NCBI GenBank assembly: GCA_045837725.1
Contig: JBEWZL010000182.1
Location: 1-63,822, forward strand
Origin: Vermamoeba vermiformis
Lineage: Eukaryota
Direction: 5' to 3'
DNA: 63,822 bases
A model generated the notes under the pieces. That model saw nothing but the letters and a program-made list of their open reading frames with translations. It was not told the origin of the DNA and searched no databases. How positions within the stretch are numbered: position 1 is the stretch's first letter; each line of letters opens with the position of its first letter. Both the position numbers and the translations under genes were made by a program. Of this stretch, positions 27,397 through 40,102 are shown piece by piece.

Positions 27397-29756
27397 ATGT
27401 CCACGAAGATCTATTTGTTGGTTTTTGCTTGCTTAATTGCTGTTTCGATTCAGCAACTCACGATCTACTCAGATTTGTCCAAGGTATGTGGATAGTGACA
27501 TTTAACCTTAAAATTATAAAATAAATTTATATTGTCATGCTACATTGTTTTGCGAATAAATTTAACGTTAAATATTTCCTACGAATTAATCGGATCTTGA
27601 TCAGCCTCAAAAATTGGAGCACAAATGGGAGCGTTGCTGGGGAAGCGGTCACGCTTTATTAGCCCTTCGTGCTGATTATAGAGAACACCTCGCTCGTGCT
27701 GTTAAGGACCTCGGGTAAGATATTTAATTTTGATATTATTTTGACATCCAGAAAAAATTCTGAATATCTTTGACAGATTGCAACGAGTTCGCTTCCATGG
27801 CCTTTTTGACGATGATATGAGCGTATACTTGCCTTGGCAAGGTCAAACTTATTCATGGTTCAATGTGGACTCGATCTTCGATTACTTCTTAAGCTTGGGC
27901 GTTCGTCCTTTAGTCGAATTAAGGTATATATTATTTTCTTTATAATAGAATAACACTTTTATGGCTATTAACGCGATAATTAATTTTATTCAATCGTTTT
28001 TAGTTTCATGCCCGAAGCTTTGTCTCGCGGATCTTCCTACGTTTTCCACTATAAGGGCAACAATAATCCTCCTAGTAAGTACTATATTATTTCTAGCGAT
28101 AATAGAGTTTCAAAACGCTTCTAGAACATTTCGGAACACATTGTCCTCTCATTTAAACACAATCTTTGCCTTACCAAAACAAATCAGACTGCAATGCTAC
28201 TGAATACTGCCTAACAATACTACAGAGAACTGGAACGACTGGTCCGACCTCGTTACCGCCTTCGCTAAGCACATCATCGATAGGTAAATCCGTGATCTTA
28301 AACTGCCGGCGAAATTAATTTACTTCTTTAATAGATATGGCATTGACGAAGTTAAAGAGTGGTACTTTGAGACTTGGAATGAGCCTAACTGCGGTTTTTG
28401 GAACGCTACTCGTGATGAGTACTTCCACGTAAGTCGATCAGCTGAAGAGGCCTCTTCTTTACCTAAATCTCGCTAAAACTTTGTTTGTAGTTGCTTAAGG
28501 TTACTTCTGCTGCTCTTAAGGGCGTTGACTCGAGACTTAAAGGTACAGGAATTCGTACATTGTTACGAGCATTATTAACAACTAATTTTTTTAGTCGGAG
28601 GTCCTGCTACTTGCCAAAGGTATAAATAGCAACGCCATTATTTAATTTAATTTTAACGTTTTTTAGCGAGTGGTTGGTCGAGACTTTGAACTATGTTCGT
28701 CAAAACAACGTTGCACTCGACTTTGTTAGCACCCACGAGTACCCTACTGACATCACTCCTTTGGGTAAGCAACATTATAAACCTTCAGTAGGTGTCTAAT
28801 ACATCAGTATAGATCGTGATATCATGAAGAAAGTCTTCACCAGATCTCGCCAACAAGTCGGCAACAACATGCCTCTCTTCTACACCGAATACAACGACGG
28901 TTTGTACGACCAATCAGTCACTCCTTCGCACGATTCCTCGATCGCTGCCGCCTTTGCCATTAAGACCGTCAATGGTAAGTGCCATCTTGATGACACTCGC
29001 ATGATCCTCTTACGGACACTTTGTTTCCAGACGTGAATGACATTGTTGACATCTACTCGTGGTGGACCTTCACCGACATCTTCGAAGAGGGTATTGACTC
29101 GCGTAATCATTCAAATAAGCTTATTCTAATGATCTACAGGTGGTCAATACTCTACTCCCTTCCAAGGTGGTTTCGGTCAAATGACTATTCACGGTATTCC
29201 CAAGCCTGCCTGGAGGTAAGTTCACACGAGCCATTATGACTTAGTATTAATTGCTGTATCGTGCAGAGCCTTTGAATTGTTGCACCGCACTGGCTACAAC
29301 AAGTACGCCATCTACGGTTTGCCCAGCAACTCTACCGTTGGTACCATGGTTACATCAAACCACACTCACTCCATGGTGATCATTTACAACTACAACGTGC
29401 CTCAGCCTGGCTTCAACATCAAGTCCGAGCTCGTTTACGTCACTTTGACCGGAGTTAATGCTAACGCTCCTAGACAACGTAAGTCAAATAGTGGATCTGA
29501 CGCGTACTTGGACTTGACTAACTGACTTAATGTAGCTTACGTTGAGCGCATCGACGATCAACATGCCAACCCTCTGCAAGCCTGGATTGATTTGGGCAGC
29601 CCTCTGTATCCTACTCGCAAACAACTTGACAAAATTATGCGTGAATCCGAGATGATCAAGAAGCCCATTACTTACACCATCATTGACTCGACTACCATTC
29701 AATTCACTCTTACTATGCCTCCTCAATCCGTCGCTTCTATCACTTTCGAGTTGTAA
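27397..29756 (+). CDS. Secreted glycoside hydrolase family 39 (beta-xylosidase/alpha-L-iduronidase-like)
   Basis: Signal peptide, GSGHALLALRADY, RVRFHGLFDDDM, PLVELSFMP, acid/base motif FETWNEPN, GGPAT, DFVSTHEY, nucleophile YTEYN and SWWTFTDIFEE. More than ten introns. Confidence 0.92.
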
Positions 29757-30155
29757 GAAGATTTGCTGAATAAAAATTGGTTCAACTTAGGATCTCCAAT
29801 GCGGATTCAACTTAGGACTAGTTGCTGACCAATTCGTTTTAGTGTTAATTGAGCGTACTGATGACAAGCAAGCCAAAGGATTTTCTGGAGTACTGCACGG
29901 CCCGCCAGATCGATAAAAGAAAAGCTAATCTGAGTTGGTCCAAAACAAATCACCCGATATCAGGGGATCGATCCTTCAACATGAGAGTAGGTTTTTAATG
30001 CCTCCTATAATCGGTTGCTGCGATTACTAACTCCTGATGAACATCTTGTACAAGATCTTGCGGTTCAGTGAAATTGCTCCCAAAAATAAAAACGCCTGTT
30101 TGCGCGGCAATATTTTCAGTGCCAATAATACTATAGACACCACAAATATATAAAC

Positions 30156-31152
30156 ATGTTGAGAACCATCTTGAAGACTTCTTGCAAAGCTGTTCGCGTT
30201 CAAAGCGTTAACAAGCCCGTCTCCCTCTTCTTGACTCGCAAAAACTACTCCACTAATGGTAATATATACGCAAACAATATTAAAATTATTTTAATTAATA
30301 TTTGCACAATTATGCCGCTTTATTATGGCCTGTCCTACATCCACAAAAAATATTTCATTTAATTAAATATCTTTGTAATAGCTCCCGAGAACTTGAAGTA
30401 CCTTAAATCACACGAATGGGTTAAAATCGACAATGGTGTTGGTACTATTGGTATCTCCGATTATGCCCAAAGTGCTTTGGGAGATATCGTTTTCGTTGAT
30501 CTTCCTGGTAAGTATCCTTTTCATCAAATACACGTCGTAATATTATTAAAATAATTCATATTAATTATTTTACGCACTGAAATAATTAAATATCGCCTTA
30601 TAATCGAAAAAATAGCAGATTCGCAGGATATTTTCTGTTCTTCTGTTCTTCATCGAATATACGTGTCTAATCGATTTAATTATATTACCAGATGTTGGCA
30701 AGAAGGTTAACCAATCCGGTACCGTCGGTGCTGTTGAATCCGTCAAATCTGCTTCCGACATCTACAGTCCTTTGAGCGGTGAAGTCATTGAGGTCAATGA
30801 GAACTTGAAGGTAAATAACATGACTGCAATATGATATTCATAGCAATTATAAACCAATTTGCCGTTACGAAGGGCAGATCTCGAGATTCGCGATCTGCTT
30901 TAAATTTTCTATGCGTTACTTATCAATAGCAATGTTATTTTTGTATACAATATTACTTATGCACGCTATTTGCGGCGAATACAGTCTCACACCTATTGTT
31001 TGTAGTCCACTCCTGATCTCGTCAACAAATCTCCTTACACTGACGGCTGGATGGTCAAGATTAAGCTCACTGGTGGTCAATCCGAAATCGCCAGCTTGTT
31101 GGACAGCAAGGCTTACAGCAAGGTCGTCGAAGAGGCCGCTAAGGATCACTAA
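30156..31152 (+). CDS. GCSH: Mitochondrial glycine cleavage system H protein
   Basis: Presequence, then [28 protein letters not shown], lipoyl-lysine motif [22 protein letters not shown] and [11 protein letters not shown]. Four exons. Confidence 0.97.
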
Positions 31153-31959
31153 GCAGATTCGAACTAATTTTTTGTTTAATCGGAAGGTAAACCAAATATA
31201 AATTTACTATTCAAATAATACTGACGAGCGATTTAAAGTCTTATCGGCTCGCAAATCACTTAGCGCGTTGATAATTTAACAAATTTATTGTGCCGTGTTG
31301 GTTGCAACACAGCGAGGCAGGAATTTGCTGCCATGTGGCGGTTATTGATTTAGTTTGTATTGTAATGATGATGAGAACGCCACAAGACGCAGCGAAGTGG
31401 ACCAACAGGCCACGGTCCTTCCTTCCGTCCACTGGGACAATACCCACAAGGCCTTCCACGAGCATGGCTCTTACATCTTCATTCCTCCTCAAGCCTCAAC
31501 AAAGGGTCTAGATTCGGAGTCAGTGCGCCATGTACGAACTATTTTTCGGTGCAGGAGTGTGCGGATGCAAGGCCGTGTTTCGAACGATCTGATCCCATTC
31601 AACCAAGCAGTGCCATTTCAAACTCTTTCTCGACCATCCGAAGCGAGGCAACTTCGTCATTCCTTGCCCCGCGTGAACACTTCCCTTGCCTGTAACGTGA
31701 ATCAACTACCACGTGGCTTTGTTTCGTGCACATCTGTCCGAAATTCTCAGGCCAAAAAATGGTTTGATTTTATTATGTACTTTAAAAACAAGCTAACACA
31801 ATGGTCATATTAGTTAATTGACGCTTAGAAACATTATACAGCAAATGTCCCTTTCCTGGGCACGTGTTTGAATTGTGAACCTGACGTGTTGGCGACCTGT
31901 TGGAGAATTGAATCGCCTGCCCAATTTTCCAAGCCATTATATACTCAAAAATATCTAGA

Positions 31960-33349
31960 ATGGAACACAATTCGCACCTAGACCGGGCGTTTCGATCTGC
32001 CGAGTTTCACAATCCGCCCCAGGTTGCGATCGGTAATTATTTTAATTTGCTATTGTTAATAGTACAAAATAAGTTATTATATATTACATATTTATTTAAA
32101 TACTTACTAATTTTGTTCAGGAGAATCTTCGTCGTCAAATCTGGATGAAGACGAATTTGATTGCTATGGTTTCCGTAAAGCTCTCAGTGATTATAAATCA
32201 AACCCAGCACTACTCGTAGACATGACGGGCAAAAATGACGACAAAATTCATTCCTTCATCCTGCAGGTAAATCACCCGCAAGCAATGGAGCTGATGCAGC
32301 CCTTCGACGTTTTCAAGCGATACGACAACGAAGTAGAACCAGGCATTTGGATTCAAGAGACGAAGTTCAATTTCACAAGGGCGTGGATGAAACGGTGTGA
32401 TTGGGATAATTGTGGTGGACCTGATGACCCGGAAGCTTGGGTGAAGGAAAAACAATACATGGTCAATTATTGGACGCACAAAACAATTAAATTCCTCAAA
32501 TTTCGCAAATATTTTATCCCAGACAAGCCATGGGCCGTTTATCTGGTGTTTGAGGAGCTGCCGGATCTTGGCGCGCCAAATAAAAAAGCGAAGTTTACGC
32601 GTAAGTAATACGATGGCTGGAAATTACGCTGAATACTTACTCGTTGATATGCTAGACCAATCTCCTTCCAACCAAATCAATTACCAAATTCAAACGAGTT
32701 CCCATTCGAGCCCAGTTACTAGCAATTCATCTTATTTTAGCCCCAACTGCAATGGAACATTTATGGACGTAAATAAGGAGCAGAATGGTTTCGAAGCAGT
32801 CCACAACGCAGCGCAAGAGTCTCTGTTCCTCTCAAAGTAATGAAAATAATACTAACAATGGCTACTATTATTCCGATCAATCAACGGAGTATCAGCAGCA
32901 TCAGGACACTTCTCAGATTGATATCAATCTGCACAATCAAGTGCTGGAGAACACTGAACGATCAAAGCGAAATGAAAAAGAAATTGAAGCACTGAAAGAG
33001 CAACAAAGACAACTAGCTCAACAGCACGTAGCTTTGGATATTAAGACAAATTCAAACACCAGAGAGATCGAAGAATTGACCGATAGCGTTGCAAAATTGG
33101 AAATAGCCAACCAAAATATGATAATTAAAGCAATAATTACTCTGTTACGAAACAATAATGGTACTTTCGTCGCCAGCATCAAAACTCGCTTCGAAGGTCA
33201 GAGAGTCGCTGGAAGATGAATCAATTACTACAATGGCTGTAAACAGAATCCTCACCACTATTTTGGAGAAACGAGGAGTGATTACGAGAAGTTCTGACAG
33301 AACAACTTGGATTTTGAACGAACAAGCGGCGAAGAAGTTCGACCTTTAA
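31960..33349 (+). CDS. Putative nucleic-acid-binding protein (paralog 1): unknown N-domain, NLS, S/N-rich linker, coiled coil, winged helix; two apparent +1 frameshifts
   Basis: Introns at 32033-32120 and 32601-32655. Collinear with the intact gene at 36987-38398. The reading frame shifts near 32770-32840 and at ~33165, so this is a pseudogene or an assembly error. Confidence 0.65.
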
Positions 33350-33552
33350 AATTTAGAATAGAATTATGAAAGAATTATGTGCGATGCTGGATTTAGTTTT
33401 TTTGTCGTACGACTATTGTACTTTTTCTGAGTCCTTCATGGCAAAAATAAATTAAGTTAATGACCGTTGTTTAGACACAGATTTTTCGTGGCGAAAACAC
33501 AACACCTTGATTGTTATACTTATTAAGGCAACGCTGACACATAAAAGAAAGA

Positions 33553-35247
33553 ATGGAGGTACTACTTTTGGTGTCCGAACAAATTTTCGATTTGTAAATT
33601 ATTCAAGTTTTTTATTCAATTATTAATAAATTCATGAATATGCTAATAATTACCTCTACATAGGTTTATATACCGTACGACTGTTGGAATTTGATTTTGA
33701 ATTATTTACGTCAAGATCTGGAAAATGAATGTAAAAATAGCTCGTATTACTATTATAAGCCTTTAAATGCGTTGGACGTTTGGTTATTAATTTTACGCTC
33801 TACATCGCATAATATTCAGCAAGCTATTGAAAAATACCAACGTGAACACGCGTTAATTTTTGGATTTCACCAAGGCGCTGTAACTCATTACCTCAGCGCT
33901 AAAGGCTATCTCTCATGCTTGAAATACTTCGTAATGGACTTGAAATATTATATTGGAAAAGAAGCTGCCGATGAAGCTGCAGCAGGAGGTCATTATGAAT
34001 GTTTGAAATTTATTGGCGAAGTAAATCCGAAGATTAGTTGGAAGTACGATTCAGCTCAAAAAGCGGCAAATGGTGGAAATCTATTATGCTTGGAATATTG
34101 TCATAACCGTGGTGCACATATATCACTGCCTGAAATTCAAACTGCAGCGTCGTTGGGCAATCTGGAAATGGTCAAGTACATCCGGCCTCACGTCGATCCA
34201 AGTTGCGCCAATTATTATACTAGCTTTGCAGCATATAAAGGTCACTTAAATATACTCCAATTGCAGTTGAAAGTGGCGATGGATTGGCTGAAAATGTTTG
34301 CCTGCGAGCTGTTGAAGGAGATCACTACGACTGCTTGGTCTACGCGCATCAAAATGGCGGAATTATCGATGAAAATTGCGTTCATGTGGCATTAAAATTT
34401 GGTGCTATTCGGAGCGCTATGTATTTACTCGAACATACGAAGATCACACCGGGATCCTCAGTAGTTTTCGGCGATTATGCTCGTGGTGGCCCCGTTATGA
34501 ATATAGACCTGCTAAAGATGTTGCATAATCAAGGTGTTATTTGGGGCGCCTACACCTGCACCACAGCGATTTTAAGAGGATCCGTGGAATGCCTTAGATT
34601 CGTTTTAGAAACTGGCGCATCGAAGAACGACTATGCGCTGTACAGACAGGCCATTAGTAATAAGAAGGATTGGCTTGACTACTTCAAGGTCCTAGAAGAG
34701 CATAACGGTACGTACTAATTTAAAGTTTTTTTCTTCGAATTATAATTTTTTTTGTACTGGCTCGATTCACTATCCTTTAACGCTCAATAACTAATCGAAT
34801 ATCATATTTATAGTTCCCCACGACCCCAAGGAATATATTGACTGCTCTTACACTGGCAATCTTGAATGCATGATTTATCTGTACGAGACGGTACGATTAC
34901 CGTGGCCAGAGTACATGAGCTCCAGTCTCGTGCTGCATAATAACTTCAAGTGTCTTGAATATGCCTATGAGCATGGCTGCCCTTGGAGCGAAGATACCTG
35001 CCGTGCCGCGGTGGAAAGATCAGATGCGGATCTAAAATTCTTGAAGTACGCACACGAGCACGGCGCACCATGGGACGAAAGAGTGACTTTTTTGGCTGCT
35101 TCAAGGGGTCGTTTAGAGATGTTGAAGTACGCACACGAGAACGGATGTGGATGGAACCAAAAAACGATCCGAGAAGCGAATTTCCGAGGTCATAAGAGGT
35201 GCGTGGAATATATGCAGCAAGAAGGCCTTAGATTGATCAACACGTAA
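33553..35247 (+). CDS. Ankyrin-repeat protein of the GCPW type with an F-box-like N-terminus; one apparent 1-nt deletion
   Basis: ATG GAG, intron, then VYIPYDCWNLILNYL. Repeats such as AAAGGHYECLKF, CLEYAYEHGCPWSEDTC and GRLEMLKYAHENGCGW. The frame changes at ~34262. Confidence 0.8.
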
Positions 35248-35862
35248 TCGTGGGATGATTGAGAATACGCGGAAGTAAGACCATTGCCACGCCAGGAGGT
35301 AACCGTTTGCTGCAGCAGTTGAATTAGTGTGATCCGCATAAACCTAATCTTCAAGCAGCATATTATAGGTCATCCTATGTTGCAAAGCCGTAGTGATTTA
35401 TTATGAAATACCTGCTCCGTCAAGATCCATGCAAAGTTAAGTTATTCGTCTTTTATACCGTCTTTGCCAAACCAGTGAATGAGCCCTCAATGAACCAATC
35501 AGCGAGCTTATCAATCATGAACCAGTGGGATTTAGCAGTGATGCGATGCGCAAGAACAGACCACCGCGTCAGTCAAGCTTTGTTACACCGAGCACGTGTA
35601 GGTTGTCAATCGTTTAGAGTTGCTGTAAGGATGGTTGGTACTAAAAATATGCGAAAACGAGAATCGCGTCCGCGGACAGAGATAATTTCAGCGAATTCTC
35701 TCAGCGAATTCTCATTTGTCCCTTTCGTGTCATTGCATTAATTTTTGCTCGTGAAAATTTCCACGGTCAGTCGGGCACTCCATTGTTCACTCAACTTACT
35801 GGACAAAACCACAACACTGTTCCCGCTAAGCACCAAAAGCTACTCGCTCCTCTCCGCCCCTA

Positions 35863-36509
35863 ATGCAAATTAATGGTATGGACGTCAATTGAATAGCGAA
35901 AGAATTGATTTTCTAATCAAGTTTTTTAGCAGATCCGGACAACGCTCCCACATCCTTGGAGTATTACCAAGGCTACATGTGGTTGGCTCAGATACTTGAC
36001 ACCGATCCAAGAAGTTACGACGAATCTACCTTCTGGATAATTGCGAATGCCTTGAATCGCTACGGTGCGTTGTTGTCCGGTCAATTTGCATATAGGAATG
36101 AGGAGCGTTATGCTTTTTACGTGCATCAAACGAAGCAGAAATTTGGTAAGCAAGGATGCAGACCTTTTCCTTTCCGCAATTGCTCCAGGCACAAAGGATA
36201 CGATTCGGAAGAAGGAGGGTGCCAAAAGCGCATTTATTCTTCACCGCGATACCGATCCGTTGTTCTCTATCAATACTGGATCGGCGCGAGACACAAATCC
36301 GATAACGAGGGCTATTCTTTACTCGTTATTTTGCCTTCCTCACGTGCTGGTAAGTAATGCCTGTATATAAGACCTTTAATTAATACTTTTCAGTCTCTAG
36401 ACGTCGTAAGAATCTTCTCAGCGCTGAATCTCCGACACTTGTGCCATCGATCGAGTCTGATTTTGCTCGGTGTGACCTCAATGATCTGTTCCCCGATCTA
36501 GATGCCTAA
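35863..36509 (+). CDS. Small three-exon protein, possibly a divergent member of the 31960/36987 family (N-domain, basic motif, acidic tail)
   Basis: ATG at 35863. Introns 35876-35929 and 36350-36393 give one frame ending SRRRKNLL...DLNDLFPDLDA. FPFRN and YQYWIG echo FPFED and YKYWVG of the 36987 gene. Confidence 0.6.
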
Positions 36510-36986
36510 GTCATATGGTCGGCATGCTTCCTTATCAAATTCTTGCTTTATTTAATGCTCGCAAAAAGCATTTTCTTTTTGTACATACTCTTTTAACGTT
36601 AGATCTAAGTCGGTCAATCTCTGTTTTTCCTTTCCCCTTGACTTACGCACTATACTAAGTCATGCAGAAGGGTTTTTTAATTGATTGATCAATAAAAACG
36701 ATTCTTTAATCAATTCATTTTCCATGGTCGACAAAATCCGCTTCAATGCCACTAAGTTGCGAGAATTTCCCGCCCGCTTTTCATACAAAGATACGCATAT
36801 ATGATAGAGATCTCCTAAATATCGACATGTTTAGATTTTAGGCCATTTTTAGATCAAGTAAAAAATTGTGAATCACAACACGGCAGCACGGCGTGTAAAA
36901 TATCGATTTAATAGAAACAAAAATGGACCGAATTATAATAACACGAATAATATCCACGTGTAACACGAGTGTGCGCCCGATCGACA

Positions 36987-38398
36987 ATGGAGCAGAACAG
37001 TGATTACGAAGAGGAAGAAAATATACTTTGGAATGGCTCGCAGGGTTTTAATATTAGCAATGGTATTAATTATTCCCATAATTATACTATAATTACGCAA
37101 TTATTCATAATTCTAAAGGATCAGAACCAAGTGAAGTTTTCGAAATTGACTCAAGTAAGGATTAAACGTAATGATAAGCTCTTCAGGTCTAACTATTATG
37201 ATCAGTTATATCGCACGATAGCTCTCCTGATGGCTTTCAATATCCCGACGAGAATAATTCAGCTCCGTCAAACGAATCTTCAAATCCAACAATCCCAGAA
37301 GAGTACTATCAATGGCTTCAATATCTAGATAATTGTCGTGGCAATCCTAAGCAAATAGCTGACCTGAATAGCACCAAAGCCTCTGCTCAGCTCGGTAGCT
37401 TGGTTCATTTCATCAATCTGCCCGATTTCGTTGCGATTCTTCAGCAGTATTATGGTTTTACAGAGTACAATAATGAACTGCATGGTATATTTATTCAACC
37501 TGCCATCAAAGAATTCAAGCAGGCACATGGATTTGACGAAGCCAACTTTCCGTTTGAAGACGCAGGTGGTCCTCAAAAAGGCAAACTGGCCAAGCATGGC
37601 TACATATATAAGTACTGGGTTGGTAAAGCAGACAACTCGTACAAAATGCGCAAGTTCTACAAGGAAAATGGGTTTGCTATCTTTGTCGTCTTTCGAGATG
37701 CGACTAGCCCCAATTCAAGCCCCTCCGCAAGCTCCGAAATCAAGCTTGATACTGAACCTGTAAATAAGAAGCCGCGAGTTGGAGGTAAGCGAACGACTTT
37801 CAGATGAGCCAAAACTAAAATTGATAAATTGCATCCAGGCAACAGCCCGTTCCCAAACTCCGAAGCTAGCAGCGAGGTATCATCCCCTACGAGGCTGTCC
37901 AATACCCAACCTACGTACAACACTGGCTCTAACACCAATTACTATGGAACTGGATCGCCGACACCGACTAATTATAGCCAACAACCAACGCAACCTATTG
38001 GCGCTAATAATAGCAACAATTCACCTGCCAATCCTTTGCATTCCCCAGAGCACTTAAGCAATCGCATTGACTCGTTGTCTGACCGCGTTGACGATCTGAC
38101 TGGCCGCATGATGAAAGTGGAACTGAACGACTCTAAGAAGAGTGTTACTGTGACCACGCTTCAACGCAGACTAGGCGCATTAGTACTGCAAGTGCTCAGA
38201 GAGAACGGTGGTCGACATCAGCTGGGCAAGCCTCTTGCTACGAAAGTCAGAAAACTCTTCGGTGGATCGCTGGACACAAAAACCGTTAATAACTTGTTGT
38301 ATACTGTACTCGAACCTCTTGGTATTGTCCAATTGCAGGACAAAGAGTGGGTCTTGATCGACGAAGAGAAAGCAAAAGAATTTGAAAAACGGGAGTAG
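36987..38398 (+). CDS. Putative nucleic-acid-binding protein (paralog 2, intact): unknown N-domain, NLS, S/P/N linker, coiled coil, C-terminal Z-alpha-like winged helix
   Basis: Introns 37063-37118, 37155-37205 and 37785-37838 give one continuous frame. KKPR motif. C-terminus VLQVLRENGG...TKTVNNLLYTVLEPLGIV...KEW. Confidence 0.75.
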
Positions 38399-38731
38399 AT
38401 CTCGTTCTCGCGGGATTGCTCGCTTGAATTCTGTTGCATTTTGTCATTTTCTTTTTTTAGAACGTTTTTTTTTAATGCTCGCTAGTTTTTTGTGCCTTGT
38501 CGCTTTATTATGTTCTCCTTGTACCGTACAGACAAACGCACCTTTTTTATAGCGATCTAATGCCTTGTAAATAAACCTTCAACAAACATTCTAACTAGGT
38601 TAGGTATCTCCTATCTTTAATTGTAGAAGTCGCTTCAGGATCCATTTCGGTCAGATCAAAAAGATGCTGCATCAATTTTCATCTGAAACGAAAACTAGTT
38701 CGTGTTCAAATTGTTTATTATTTACAATTTA

Positions 38732-39772
38732 CTATGTACAATAGAGGTCTTCATTGACTTGCAGGAATTCTTCGTAGCCAGTACGCGGTGGTGGAAATTT
38801 CGAAGCTTTTAACATCATAGTGCTCGTATTGTTTCGTATTCGAGGCAAGAATACTTCGATATTATTCTGAAAGCACGCAAATATCAATAATTTAGATAAT
38901 TGCGTCAATTCTGACGGAATTATTCGAAGTCCTGCTTTGCTCACATCCAGCCGTTCTAATCTCGTTAATTTCAGCAAATTAATCGGCATTCTGTGCAATG
39001 GATTGCCTCCCATAGAGATAACTTCCAAATTAGTCATATTTTCCATATCAGGCAGATCCTTCAAAGCGTTGTACGCGATCCGCAACGAAGTCAAATTTCT
39101 TAATTTGGTAATCGAGTGCGGAATTTCTTTCAGCTTATTCATCGTCAATTCCAAGCCCATTAAATTGGTCAATTTTTTGAATATGTATTCGGGCACTTCT
39201 GTCAAATTATTGCTCGCGGATGCAAGTACCGTCAAATTTGTTAGGCTCCGCAGGTCCGGTAATTGATCCAAATAATTATGTCCAAGATCTAGTGCCACCA
39301 AATTCGTCATATTACTAATTTGAGACGGAATTTCTCCTCTTGTGCAGATCGACAGAGAATCCAGATTTGTTAACTGTTCGAAGCCTTCAGGAAATGTTCT
39401 GATTGGTGCAACTATTTGCAGCTCTCTTAAGTTGGTTAATAGTGTGATTTCGTTGGGCAAAGAGGTGAAAGCGCCTTCAAGTTCGACGCGCGTCAGATGG
39501 ATCAGATCTCCAAGGGCTGCTGGAGGAGATTGAGAGAGATAATTCAGCTCTAATCTGCCACTGCCTTTAACGGCGTCCTATAGTAATATAATTATTAAGC
39601 AATGGCGTAATTATAAAGAGGAAACATTTCTGTAATTTTTGAAAAATAATTGTTAAAATATTTAACGAGCCAGATCCAGCTTTAATAACAAGCTAACACA
39701 CTAAACCTAGAATATATGAATTTTTAATAATATTTACCTCCATTCTTGTTTTAAGGTGACGTCTTCTTCCAT
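38732..39772 (-). CDS. Leucine-rich repeat protein
   Basis: About nine LxxLxLxxNxL repeats, e.g. LTNLMGLELTMNKLKEIP. Short first exon MEEDVTLKQEWR. Confidence 0.9.
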
Positions 39773-40102
39773 TTTAATTGATAGATCGAGTTTGTTCTTA
39801 GCTTGATAATGTAGTTGGCTGATTAACAGTTTAAATTTATTATCACCTGTGTTCTTTTGATAAGTGATGCATGATAATGTGTGTTTCTTTGCGTGACTTA
39901 AAAATACGATTGATGGACAAGATCGAAAAGTTTTGATGGACACTTGAACCAAAATGGAAGTAGTCCATTATACTCATAATTTATGTATATTGACAAGCGA
40001 TGTCACGCTATATTATTTCAATTTCATTTGGATCTGATTGTGCACGGATTAATTGTTTGAAGGCTCGATCTAGTCTTTTGTAGCGAATAGTTTACATTTT
40101 AT

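Noticed and set aside
29855-29934. TGATGA...CTGA box C/D snoRNA-like segment
   Set aside because: The terminal stem is minimal and I could not identify an rRNA or snRNA guide complement. It needs a snoscan/Rfam run.
31290-31813. Overlapping ORFs of up to 152 aa between GCSH and the 31960 gene
   Set aside because: Non-ATG starts, no splice pattern and no recognisable motif.
35403-35741. 112-aa ORF after the ankyrin gene
   Set aside because: No domain or splice support, and the opposite strand also has stops.
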